A DNA stretch of 64,000 nt. Source: Octopus sinensis. Lineage: Eukaryota. Within the stretch, counting starts at the first letter, position 1; every line of letters starts with the position of its first letter. Below, one piece after another: positions 38,601 to 52,200 of this stretch. The stretch lies in contig NC_043007.1 of assembly GCF_006345805.1 (NCBI RefSeq), positions 44,020,001-44,084,000 on the forward strand, given 5' to 3'. Under the pieces are notes generated by a model that saw only the letters and a program-made list of their open reading frames with translations, was not told where the DNA came from and searched no databases. The position numbers and the translations under genes were made by a program.

Positions 38601-41600
38601 ACCAGTTAAGGTCTTACATGAGTAAATTTATAGTAAAAAACAAAAATAAAATTCTTTGAAATAAAAACAAGAAAGTATTTATATTTTTATCAAAATATGC
38701 TACCAGTTTCAATCATTTAAAAAGACAACTAAGTCATGCCGAAATAAAAGGAACATCATCCGTTGGACTTTTACTACTTACCTTGAAACAGCCTGTAAAT
38801 CTCTGACAAAAATAGATTTTGTGCTCTCATTGATTTTCTAAAAGAAAAAGAACAAGTTTAAATCACCTCATCATCATCATTATTATCATTATTGTTATTA
38901 TTATTAAGGCATCGAGCTGACAATCATTTGCACGCCAAGCAAAATGTTTAGTGCTATTTTGTCTGTCTTCACATTCTGTCGAGGTCAGCTTTGCCTTTCA
39001 TCCTTTTGGGGTCAATAAATTATGTACCAGTCAAGTACTGTGATTGATGTGATCAACTTACCCACTCCCCACAAGTTTCAGGCCTTGCGCCTATAGGAGA
39101 AAGGATTATTATTATTATTATTATTAAAGCAGCAAGCTGGCAGCATGCAAGGAGCTGAAATAAATAGCACTAAGCAATTTGCCTGATGCTCTAATGACTC
39201 TGCCAATTCACTGCCAAGATAAATTTTATTATCACATGAGATAAATATTATCATCACTGGTTAAGTTACTTTATTAAAGTAAAAGTAATATGAGATCCCA
39301 ACAGCATTTAAACATATAACTAAATGCCAATAATATTTTTTCTTTATTAGATACAGAGAAGATAACTTTACAATGGTCACTAGAAGAACCTTGATGTGGA
39401 AAATAAATAATTCTTACATTCTTCATCTCCACAAAATCTTCAGCAGTAAAGTTTGATCTTTTGGTATTGATCAATTCTATGACAAACGGTCGACCTACAG
39501 AAATAAAAATCAAAGGAATTTTATTGTAAGATTAACACTGTATGGTCAAGGAATAACTGAAGCAATAAACAAAAAGAAGCATCAACATCATTTTAATGCC
39601 CATTCTTCCATGTTTGCATGAGCCAGACAAAATACACTGAAGCAAATTTTTTATGGCTGGATACCCTTCTGCTACAACCCTTCACCTGTTTCCAAATAAG
39701 TTAATATTTTATGGAAAATTGGAAATGAAGGATATCACTTGTATGACAGACACACACAATAGCAATTACTGCAAGCTGTCAAAACAAGGAGATGTACAGA
39801 CACACATACACACACATTTTGCTTCCTTCAGTTCCATTTACCAAAACCTCATTGTGGAAGGAATCCATAGAAGGGATAGGCCTAGGAAGACGTGAGATGA
39901 GGTAGTGAAATATGATCTTTGGTTGTTGAGCCTCAGAGATGATGACAAATGACTGAAACTTTTGGCAATTTTCTGTGCTTGAGAAGACACTTAAATGAAT
40001 CATGGTTGTTGTCAGTGCTGGTGACATGTAAAAAAAACACTCAGTACACTCCATAAGTGGTTCATGTTAGGAAGGGGCATCCAGCCATAGAAACCAAGCC
40101 AAAACAGATGACGAGTCTGGTACAGCTCTTCAGCTTACTCGTCCCAGTCAAACCATCTAACCCATGCTAACATAGAAAATGGACATATGATGATGGTGAC
40201 AACGACTCACAAAGCCTTACTAATTCAGCAACCTTAACCACAGAACTGTCATACTTCATCTCCTTCCACATGTTTGAAAATGCCTGTATTCAAACCCTGA
40301 ACCTTCTTAATATCAACCCACTTTATGGATTTAATATTAATCTTTTGATGTAAATCTCATAATTTGAATGATGTTATGAAATTTTGGGCTGAACACCAGC
40401 ATAATATATACCAATTAGTCAACACCAGTACAATATATACCAGTTCGTCAACAACAGGATATATGTTATATTATAAAAGAGAAGCTGATTTCCATCTGTA
40501 TGTCTATAACAATATGTATGTAGAGAGAGGGAAGAAGGGAAAGGGAAAGTTTCAGACAGGCTGGTATCAAAAGAATTAAATAAAATCAAACTTGCAAGAA
40601 ATATTGCCTATAGTAGGATATGAACTCACAACTCTGTGAGTCAGGAGTGTGGAAACTTCTCCAATTGTCTATGAAATATTTAGTAAATGAATAACCAAAA
40701 GCAAGTCAGCTTTAAACATTTCTTTTAGAATCCAATGTATTACTGGTATGTATTTACTAACACAGGCACACTGCTTCCTAGTAAACAAAAAAAAAGGTAA
40801 GTAAAAGTTGATCTTGACAGACTTTCAATTGGGAAATGTAAAGCATTGAATGGATGCAGTGAAGTATCTAGTTTTGATTTTCTCCCTCTAACACAACTCA
40901 TCATGAATTAAATTTTTTTTTAAAAACTATGTTTCTTTACAAATGAAGAATTACAAGTGACTATTTCAAGAATACAATACTTACCATTGCCAAGCATTTT
41001 CACATCCACATCTTCACGACCAGATGCAGAAAACTTACATTCTGCAATGAGATTATTCGAGATTTTAGTAACATGCTTTGGAATAATCAAATATAAGGAA
41101 ATCAAAATGTAAGGAAAAAAAGAAGTGATGTATATTGCCTCTTTTTTTTAAAGCTTGAATTAGGTAAAAGAATTTAGGATATTTTATATATACCTGTGAG
41201 AGGACAGAAAAGAAATAAACTTACCAACAGGATGATATCTTTCATTTAAGACATTACAAATCAGTTCTTGTACTGATGTTTCGTGTTTTTTAACTCCTTC
41301 AATTAACCAAGGGGTTTGACTTAAGAAACGTGAATACTTGTTGTATCGACCTGAAATACATAATGTTGAGTTATTAACCTTTAAGCATTTGAACTTGTCA
41401 TATCCAACCCAAATATTCGATCTGTTTTATGTTCAAGCTTACACCTACACTATAATGTCATTCTAAAAATATACAATCTCATCATTGAAATCTCAAAGTT
41501 ACAAGATACTGCACAATCAATTCAAAACTATGTGAATTAAAAAGTATTAAATTTGTCAGAGTAATCTGAATGCTAAAGGGTTAAACATGTTTTTTAATAG

Positions 41601-44600
41601 CAGCTCTAATATTTTCATGTTACAGCCACTGATTATAACTTTAAAACCATCGCAAAAAGTGAAGGATAAAAAAAAATAGTACAAATAAAGCAAAGAGAGA
41701 ACATACCTGCTACAAATACTGAATCATGCTGACATTTGATGGAATTACAAATACAAGACTCCAAAGGGGTTAATGGAGGAAATTTATAAACCCTAAAAAT
41801 ATGAAAAAAAATTAATTAAAAATCAAGAAACTAAAGTTAATTATTTAAATTTAATTAATTTCAAGTCAGCATTACCGGTAAGAATTTTGAATAGTTACTT
41901 TATACAATTATTTTGTAAATTTTGTTTTTAAAATTTAACCCTTTCATGGTTACAGTTACTGGCAGTATCTCTTATTATAAAAGGCAGATTTTATCTGCCT
42001 CCCTTTGGGAGTTATACAAATCTACAATATAGCATTTCTTCAATTACAATTTACCTAGCATTTTTAAGAGTAGAATGCATCGCGTCATGCCAGGTCCAGT
42101 TTTTAAAATTTAAACTCCAATTAAGCAAAATTTACAGAAAACTCACATTCTGGTGTGTGTGTCAAATGCTTTTCTTAGTCTGGTTTACACCACATGCAAA
42201 CGCACACACACAGTGTGCAACGAATAAAATGAAAGTAAATAGCGACAGAGTGATTTGAGGAAGACTAAACTGAAAGTATTTAAACCACTACTCAAAAAAT
42301 AAAAAAACACAGCAAACAGAAACAAATAAATACATAACCATTTACTCCTCACACAATTTCTTCAATTAGAATTTAACTAAGATTTTTCAGAGTACTTCAG
42401 TGGGTGATGCCATAAAAAATTTCTTTCAATTTTACCACCAATTAAGACAAAATTCGAGAAAACTCAATATTTTAACATATCACTCCGAAAGCATTGATGT
42501 ACATGTGTGCGTGCGTGAGTGTGTGTGTGTCATTCCTCACACACACGCATACACATACATATACAACTACATACAACTACATACACATACAACTACATAC
42601 AAACACGTGTGTGTTTGTTATTAGTAAAAAAGGCGCCAAAACTCAACTCACTTATCATTCCAACACATTTGCAAAGACACACAGACGGACAGAAAAGGTA
42701 AATTGGTTTTTATTTTACTCTGTATATATTTTATTATATAATATTATATATAGATATATGTATATATAATTGCAGTATGAAACAGTGTTTATGTATAAAC
42801 AGACGACACTTATATATAGTTACCAAGCCGCCCGAATTTACCTATTCATATTTAAATGAGAATATCAGAGCAAATCTCTTTAGTACATTCGTGAAAACAC
42901 GTATTATACTTCGTAAACACTTCAACTACAGTTTTGTACAAAAATCGAAGTGTAATTTTAATTCCGTGAATTATGGGAGATTTTTTTCCGAAATTTGTTC
43001 CTATTGTGTTTTCAAAATTTGTAATTCTGACAAAAAATGGATACGAATTTCATTATATCAAGCAGCGAGTCAGAATTCGAAGGATTTTCTACTGAAGACC
43101 TTCATAAATCTAACTCTATGACTGAAAAAAAAAAAGCATCTTTATATAAGAGTGAAGTTGTGTGTCTGTCTCCTACGATTTAGATTCCTAACTACTCCCA
43201 CATTTTGCGGTGCAGTTTAACCAAAAGCGGGTATCTTATAGTCGTGATTCATATCGAGCCCTTCTGGGTATTAGCGTGCGTCTACGATGAGTCTACGATT
43301 TAAAAAAAAATTACCATCATATTTTCCCATTTTAATGCATTTTTTTCGCTTTTATATAAGGGAAGTAACTTTCTAAAAATATCTACGATGTGTCAACGAT
43401 TTAAAAAAAAATTTACCTTAATTTTTTTTCAATTTTTAATGCATTTTTTTGCTATTTTTTGGCTATAACTCTCTAAAAATGCTTATATAGTTATTTCCCT
43501 TACAAACCCGAGCAACGCCGGGCGATACTGCTAGTTTTTATAATAATACCCATTCTAACAGTGCATAAACCTACAGGGTATTCAGGATAAATTTGATGAT
43601 TTTTTTTAGGTCTCCATTTTTCAGACACAACTAGATGTATTGGTGAACAGACAACAGTGTTGAAAAGCATAAGATTTAAATTGTAGTTGAGAAAAAATTA
43701 ACTGACATGGAGGACTAGAAGCCATCTGAATACTGGAAAAGAGTTACCTGTATCATGATGGCTCATGCCAGGTATCAAAATGCCGACATCATCTCTACTG
43801 CTCGGCTGCAACAGAGACATCAAAGCAGTGGCCAGCAAGAAGGGACACAGCAGGTGTTCTGACTGCATCCACACGTCAGAATTCATCCAACAACTGACGA
43901 ATTCAGATGACTATGAGGTTGCAGGGGAATGTAGTTAAACCCTGGCTAGAGAGGGTTACTGCTGGAAGGCTACATGTGTGGGCAGTATGATTTGGCTCCT
44001 TGCCATACCTCTAGAAAGAGTCAGAAGTGGTTGTTGGAGAATTTCTATGACTTCACCAGCCCCAATTTCTGTCCTCCTATTTACCCTGATAGTAATTCCA
44101 TAGATTAGTATGTGTGGAGCACAGTTGAGAAAGACAGCTGTTACTCTGACTGCAATATCAAGGCCAAGTTGATGGCCAAGATCAAGGAGGTGTTCAAAGA
44201 CCTTCCCAGGGACACAGTGTGGAATGCAAGCACCAGGTTCCGAAGCTGTCTTGAGGCTATTAGTGGAAGTTTACGGTAGCTACTTTCAGTAAACTGTTAC
44301 CTCCCAGCCAAAATCTAGTTGATAATTTTTGATCTTCTAAAATACTTTTATTTTTAGATGGGATATTGTTTTCTTCTCATTTTATGCAAACTGTCAAATT
44401 TAGCCTCAAAACCCTGTATATGCAGTGGAAAGTCAAAATGTTTTCAGAATTGCCGATACAGCCAGCGGGAAAATGTTTTCAATTTAGTTGTATTTAGCAT
44501 AATTTCTCTTACTTATGATTAGATTTTATTAAATTTTCATTAAATAAAATTAATTTCTGTTTAACAGGTATCACATTAAAAGCTATTAAATTACAAAGTG

Positions 44601-47600
44601 TTTGTGTTGTCTTCTATATAAATAAAATCCGTTTTGCTCACTCAATATACCCTCCCTATCCCTCGATGATGTCAGCTCACTTTACTCACTCGCCATACCC
44701 TCCTTTTCCCTCAACGTTAGCGTTCCAATAAAAATAAGTAAATGAAAAAAATATGATGCTGATTGTCTGCTAGTATCTGTGTGTGTGTGTGTGTGTGCGC
44801 GCATGTGTATGTATAACTGTATGAGACTACGTGTTTAAGTGTTTGTATGTGTATGTAACTGGACTGTGTGTTTGTGTGTCTCTGAGTAACTGTGTGAGAT
44901 TAACCGGAAATAACCAAAGTATTATTTCACAAATTGTGAGCAGACGATAGCTGTATGCGTATATATGTGTATATATATATAACGGGAAGCTTTATGAAAA
45001 TAGACAAAAGACGAAGGCAGGTGGAAAACAAACAAACAATTGTATTAGTATGGCGCTCAGGAAATATAAATAAAACAAGTCTTTAACGTTTCGAGCCTAC
45101 GCTCTTCAACAGAAAGATACACAGAGAGAAAAAAAACACAGAAAGAAGGAGAGAAAAAAAATGCGTGCAGTAACTAATATATATATATATATATATATAT
45201 TATACATTAATTTGTGTGTGTATGCATATCTATGTGTGTGTGTGTATATATATTTATGTATATATATATGTGTGTGCTTCCTTTTCTCTCTCACATACAC
45301 TCGCAGACGTGCGTACACAGGAAAAGTTGTTAAGAATTATCAACAAAAACAAAGCTGATAAATACGCACAGGTGTTGCAAATAATATTTAATTATCAATA
45401 AATATCAGCTTCAATGACACTTTACTCAACCAAGTAAAATATGTAAAATATGGCCCGAACCGTGGTTATCAACGTGTACTTCAAAAAGTAGTTAACCATT
45501 TAACTGTTTTACTAAATTTATACAGAAAAAGTAAGCATTATATCGTCCAGTATAAATAAAAGTCAACTTCATTATATTTAAGTCCATTAAATGAGTCAAC
45601 TTCTGGTATGAATTTTTATGTTTTGTACATCTTTTTTTCAACAAAAAAAAAAATTCTAAAAATATTCTGGATATGATCCACTCATGTAATTTACACACCC
45701 ACTAAAGTTTCTTGCTATTTTTTCGAAAAAAAGTGCGTAAATTACATGAGTTTTTACGGTAAGCAAAAATGAAGTGACTAGAAGAAAGCAGATAGCGAAG
45801 AATACTGAGATGCCTGAAGTAAAAAAGAAAAGACATCAAATAAGAGAGCCAGGGAAATTTAGCATAATATTACTCATACTCATACTCGGCAGAGTGTAAG
45901 TACCTTGAGAGAAAAGCTGGACCTAAGAAGCATCAGTTGTGGTGTGCAAGAGAGACGTTTGCGCTGGTATGGTCATGTGGCGAGAATGGATGAAGATAGT
46001 TGTGTGAAAAAGTGCCACACCCTAGCGGTTGAGGGAACCTGTGGAAGAGGCAGACCCAGGAAAACCTGGAACGAGGTGGTGAAGCACGACCTTCGAACTT
46101 TAGGTCTCACTGAGGAAATGACTAGAGACCGAGTCCTCTGGAAGTGTGCTGTGCACGAGAAGACCCGGCAGGACAAGTGAGTCTATAACCCGTGGCCTTC
46201 TACATGGGATGGAGCCAGCCTACGTATGCATACCTTCCCTTCTTGGGACACAAAACTCTACTTGTGAAGACCTGTTGAGGCAAGTGAGGATCAGAATCGA
46301 AATCGATCAATGGAAATTGCAGATGTGTTACCAGTGCCGGTGGCATGTCGAAACTCTACTTGTGAAGACCCGTTGAGGCAAGTGAGGATCAGAATCGAAA
46401 TCGATCAATGGAAATTGCAGATGTGTTACCAGTGCCGGTGGCATGTAAGAGAACCTTCCGTTTCACGACCATTGCCAGCACCGCCTCGTTTCGTGTCCGT
46501 TGCCAGCCTCGCCTGGCCCTCTCGCCGGTGGCACATAAAAAGCACCATCTGTTCGTGGCCGTTTGCCAGCTCTGTCTGGCACCTGTGCGGGTGGCACGTA
46601 AAAAGCACCCACTACACTCTCGGAGTGGTTGGCATTAGGAAGGGCATCCAGCCGTAGAAACACTGCCAGATTTGACTGGGCCTGATGAAGCCTTCTGGCT
46701 TCACAGACCCCAGTAGAACCGTCCAACCCATGCTAGCATGGAAAACGGACGCTAAACGATGATGATGATGATGATGATGATTACAAGTATACTGTTAAAT
46801 TTGCTGAAATAAACAGTTTTGTTTCCAGTTCATCGATTCATCAAAAATAAATGAAAAATAAAATAGATTTCTGATTAATTGATTCACCAAAAAGATTACA
46901 AAATAAGTTACACAACAAAAAAAAAAGATAAAATCAAAAAAAAATTCACTTACTTTTGATAAATGGAATTAACTGTTTCAGACACAGCCTTGGCAACATT
47001 TGCACGACTGAACATCTCCCAATCTCCCTGAAAGAATTACAAAGTTTAGAAGTCAATTTCACAAAACGATAATTGATGAATAGCTTTGATGAGAAACAAT
47101 TAAAAGTCACAATCTCCTACTTGTATCAGTAAAATTAGTTAAATACATACTATAGACCATTTCTACAGGGAAGCATCTATCACTCCACTGCCATTAGATG
47201 ACTACTTCACACTGGTGCTCTACATCACAATCCTACAACTTAAACATTATATCTCACCCAACTCCTAACAAATGAAAATTGAACAATACATGTTTTGTGG
47301 TCCCTTTAACCAAGTTCACCCATTCATCCTCCCATATGAATTAACAGACATGACAAAATCTGACTAACAATGAAGTAAATCACCAGTTTTGAGCAAATAT
47401 CTTTTATAGTAAACTTCATTGTGTGTATGTGTGTGTGTTGTTCTCACCCACTTTCATTGATCTCCCCACCACCACAAATTTAACCCTCTTCACACACTGC
47501 ATCTGCCTCTTCTCCCATGCACTCATGTTATATACCCAACATCATGTCATCCCTCTTTTCGTTGTTTTTCCTGTTTACTGTATCAGTATTTCTATTCAGC

Positions 47601-48780
47601 TGCTCCACACAGTCAGACCTATCAGACATCCTTTACTCCTCAACTCATTCCTGGCACCTCTGACCCACTTGTTCCAACTCATCTCGTACCTTGAAAATCT
47701 ACCCTGACACTTCATTACAGCTATTTTATTTTATTGCTTCCCAGCTCTACTTGATCATCCCCAACCCTTTCTTCTAAAATGTATGTAGTCACAGAGTTGC
47801 TCTATAGCAAAAAACCTGTTGTTCCGACCTTTTTGTCTCATAGCTTACTTCTCTCTACACCTCATTGCAACCACAACACCACAGGATTCATATTGTAAAC
47901 TGCACGGTGACCCGACTAGTATAGGTGGTATGAAAAAATGCACCAAGTACACACAGTACGATAGATAAAGCAATTAAAGATGTGAAGGCAGGGAAAGCCC
48001 TAGGTCTATCAAGAATAATTGTAGTAGGATACAGCCTTGTTACCCTTATAGTCAAAGATGTTATACAGAACAGTCATACCCAATCACTTGCATAGCAGCA
48101 ATGAAGTTAACTGCTACTAGAACAGAGAAGGTGCCTTAGAGCAGTGGTTCTCAACCCATGGACTCCTTCAATTACTATTTTACTCTGGTGGACCCCCATA
48201 GCCATTTGATGGTTAAAACTTGTTTTATAGATATTTTTTTCAACTTTCCTATTTTGCTATCACGTGTTCTTTTGTGTAGACTGAACTATGGACAATGTTA
48301 GAGAAAGAAACCTAGCTGTTTCTTTTAATAAATACCTTTAAAGCAAAATTTTTTCATGGACCCATAAAATACTACTGCGGATCCTATTTATTATTTTCTT
48401 TATGCATAAACCTAAAAAAATTTAAATGGATGAGAAGGGGTAATATGGACCCCATGGAGAGATTACAGTGGCATCAAATTGCAGGACCAGGTCATGAAAG
48501 TGACAGAAAAGGTTGTCGCTTGATTGATTAGGAAAAAGAGCTAGACTAGATGAGATGCAATTTGCTCGAGAGTGCTACAGATACCATCTTCTTAATCTCT
48601 TCAGTATCAACCCTACTTCCTGATAGAATATTACAGCATGGCTGTGTGGTAAGAAGCTTGCTTCCCAAATACATGATTCTGGGTCCAGCCCCACTGCATG
48701 GCACCTTGGGCAAGTGTCTTCCACTATAGTCTTGGGCCAACCAAAGCTTTGTGAATAGATTTGGTAGATAGAAACTAAAA

Positions 48781-48850
<70 letters not shown>

Positions 48851-49178
48851 CATGTGTGTGTGTGTACGTGTGTTTTTGTCTGTCTTGTCCCCACCACCGC
48901 TTGGCAACAGGTGTTGGTGTGTTTACATGATCTTGTAACTTAGTGGTTTGAAAAAAAGAGACCAATAGATTCATTCAACTAAAAGGTCTTCAAGGCACAG
49001 TCTAATGACTGAAACCAGTAAAAAATATAAGAAAAACATGGAATCAATCACCTTTTTGGTCTTTCTTTTACGGAAGATATCTGGATGAAGATCAGTTCTG
49101 AAGAAGAAATAAAAATTTGTTTTATCCCTTTCAATACTGACCACAATAACACAAATCAAGGTTACTCATTGAGTATCA

Positions 49179-49216
<38 letters not shown>

Positions 49217-52200
49217 TATCAGTTTAAAGAAAACAGAGAATATCTAATTTTTTATTATGCAGTCATTTATATTCTTTTATTACCTACATAATGTTTCCAC
49301 TGCTATCAAGGTGCATCTTCCGCATCTTTTAATATATTATGATGCTACAATACATCAAGGGCTTCATCAGGGCATTTTGACTGCTAATCTGATTTCTTCA
49401 AAAGAGAAAATAATTTCAAACATAAAATTTTTGTTTTACCTACTTATACTAATAATTCATCATCATCCTCATCATTTAATGTCCGTTGTCCATGCTGGCA
49501 TGGGTTGGACAGTTTGACTGGGCTGGCATGACAGAAGGCTGTACCAGACTCCAGTCTGATTTGGCATGGTTTTCTACAGCTGGATGCCTTTCCTAATACC
49601 AACCACTCTGAGAGTGTAATGGGTGCTTTTACATGCTACCAGTACAGGTGCAATTTGCGTGACACCAGGATGCTTTTATGTGCCACTGGCATGGGTGCCA
49701 ATTTGCATGACACTGTTATCTGCCATGATTGTGATTTTGCTCAGCTTGATGGGTCCTCTCAAGCACAGCACATCGCCAAAAGTCTTGATCACTAGTCATT
49801 GCTTCTGTGAGACTCAAAGATCATGCTTCACCACCTCATTCCATGTCTTCCTGGGTTTACCTCTACCACAGATTTCCTTTGCAGTTAGAGATCGGCACTT
49901 CTTTACACAGCTGTCCTCATCCATATGCATCACATAACCATACCTGCACAGTTGTCTCTCTTGCACACCACATCTTATGCCTAACTTTTCTCTCAAGATA
50001 CTCTCTGTCAAATTTGCACAGTGACATTGCATATCCAGAAAAGCATACTGGCTTCATTTCTTTCAAGCTTATGCATGTCCTCAGCTGTCACAGCCCATGT
50101 TTCACTGCTTCGCAGCATAGCTGTTCACACACAGGCATCAAACAATCTACCTTTCACTCTAAGAGAGAGGCATTTGCTGCCAGTATAGGTAGGAGCAGTC
50201 TGAACTTTGCCCATCCTTATCTTATTCTCACAGCTACACTCTCAGAGCATCCACTTCCACTACTAACTTGGTCACCTAGACAACAGAAGCTATAAAAATA
50301 ATAGTAGTAAGAACAACAATTATAGGGGTGGTCGAACCAGTAGTAATCAAATGAACTGGGGACACAAAGCTACAAACATTGATTACAGTAAATAGATTTT
50401 AAGAACCTAAAAGTGATGAATAGTAATATGACCTACATTTATAGCAGTTAATTCCTCCCTTTGACCAGTAGGGTTAAAAGGTTAGTTTGAGCTATTTTTA
50501 GAAGGATACCACCATGCAGTTGAATAAACAAATAAATAGTAAACAAAAATTTTTTCAGTTGGTATATTATTTTCCATTTCGTAGAAAACAAATTAGCAGT
50601 CAAAATACCCTGATGAAGTCCTTTATGGATTGTAGCATCAAAATACACTAAAAGATGTGAAAGATGCACCTTGATAGCAATGGAAACATTAAGTCGGCAA
50701 TAAAAGAACATAAATGACTGCATGATGAAAAATTGGATGTTCTCTATTCAGTTTTCCTTAAACTGATTCATTATTTCTCCTCTATCGGAAAGCATAGTCA
50801 CTATAGAGACAAATGGATATTCAAGCGTGAAAATGTATGAAGAATAGTTAATAGTTAAACTAACCAACTGAAGGTACATAAGCTCATGAATGTTAACCAG
50901 CATTATCAATTGGTAGATGTGCATACTGGTACCCACTTGGATTATATATCCCTATCAATCAAAAATTTTGGAAACTAGACTATATATATAATTTGATTAA
51001 TGAAAGAGACACATATATATCTATAGCTATTTACACTTCCTCGCATACTGTTTTTCTCTGTTATCTTGATGCGGTACGGTGGATAAATTTAAGACTTTAG
51101 CTCTTATTTCTAGCAGGTGGATGCTTGTCTAAGCATCCTAACACTTCATACAAATTTATAATTCATAGCTATTTAATGCTATTGTGCCTGCGATCCACCT
51201 ATGTCACTGCTGGTGATATCATCAATTTTAAAATTTATCCACAGATAATATGAACAGTAGTGACATCTGATTTCAAACCACAGTGTTTGAATGTTTTGTG
51301 TGTATATATATATATATATATATATCATCCTCATAATCATCGTTGAACATCCATGTTCCATGCTGGAATGGGTTAGATGGTTTGGCAGGTGTTGGCCAGC
51401 TGGAGAGCTGCCCAAGTTCTATGTTTGTTTTGTCATGGTTTCTATGACTGGATACCCTTCCTAACACCAACCACTTTACTAAGTGCACTGGGTACTTTTA
51501 CACAGCACTGACATGGGTGCTCTTATGTGGCACCGGCACAGGTGCTTTTTATGTGGCACCAGCACCCACAAGCCTGCAACATTAGGAATGCCCAGCTGGA
51601 GAGGGATTCAGGGGACAAACCTGTATGCAAGGACAACCACATATTCACTTAGCTGGACGTGTCTTCTCAAGCACAGCAAAACAGCAGAAATTTTGATCCT
51701 GTTATCCGCTCTGTGAGGCCCACCATCTGAAGATCCTTTCTCACTCCTGGGTCTACCCCTTCCACCTGTTCCCTCCACAATTAAAGTTTGGCAACTTTGA
51801 TGAAACTGTCTTCATTCATACATATTACATGGCCATACCGCAGGAGTGGCTGTTTGGTAAGTAGCTTGCTAACCAACCACATGGTTCCGGGTTCAGTCCC
51901 ACTGCGTGGCATCTTGGGCAAGTGTCTTCTGCTATAGCCCCGGGCCGACCAATGCCTTGTGAGTGGATTTGGTAGACGGAAACTGAAAGAAGCCTGTCGT
52001 ATATATGTATATATATATATGAGTGTGTGTGAATATGTTTGTGTCTGTGTTTGTTCCCCTAGCATTGCTTGACAACCGATGCTGGTGTGTTTACGTCCCC
52101 CGTCACTTAGCGGTTCGGCAAAAGAGACCGATAGAATAAGTACTGGGCTTACAAAGAATAAGTCCCGGGGTCGATTTGCTCGACTAAAGGCGGTGCTCCA

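Noticed and set aside
50748-50936. Minus-strand ORF with an acceptor-like site as a candidate PUS10 exon
   Set aside because: No similarity to PUS10, it ends in a stop, and exons 53777..53838 and 49052..49097 already join in frame.
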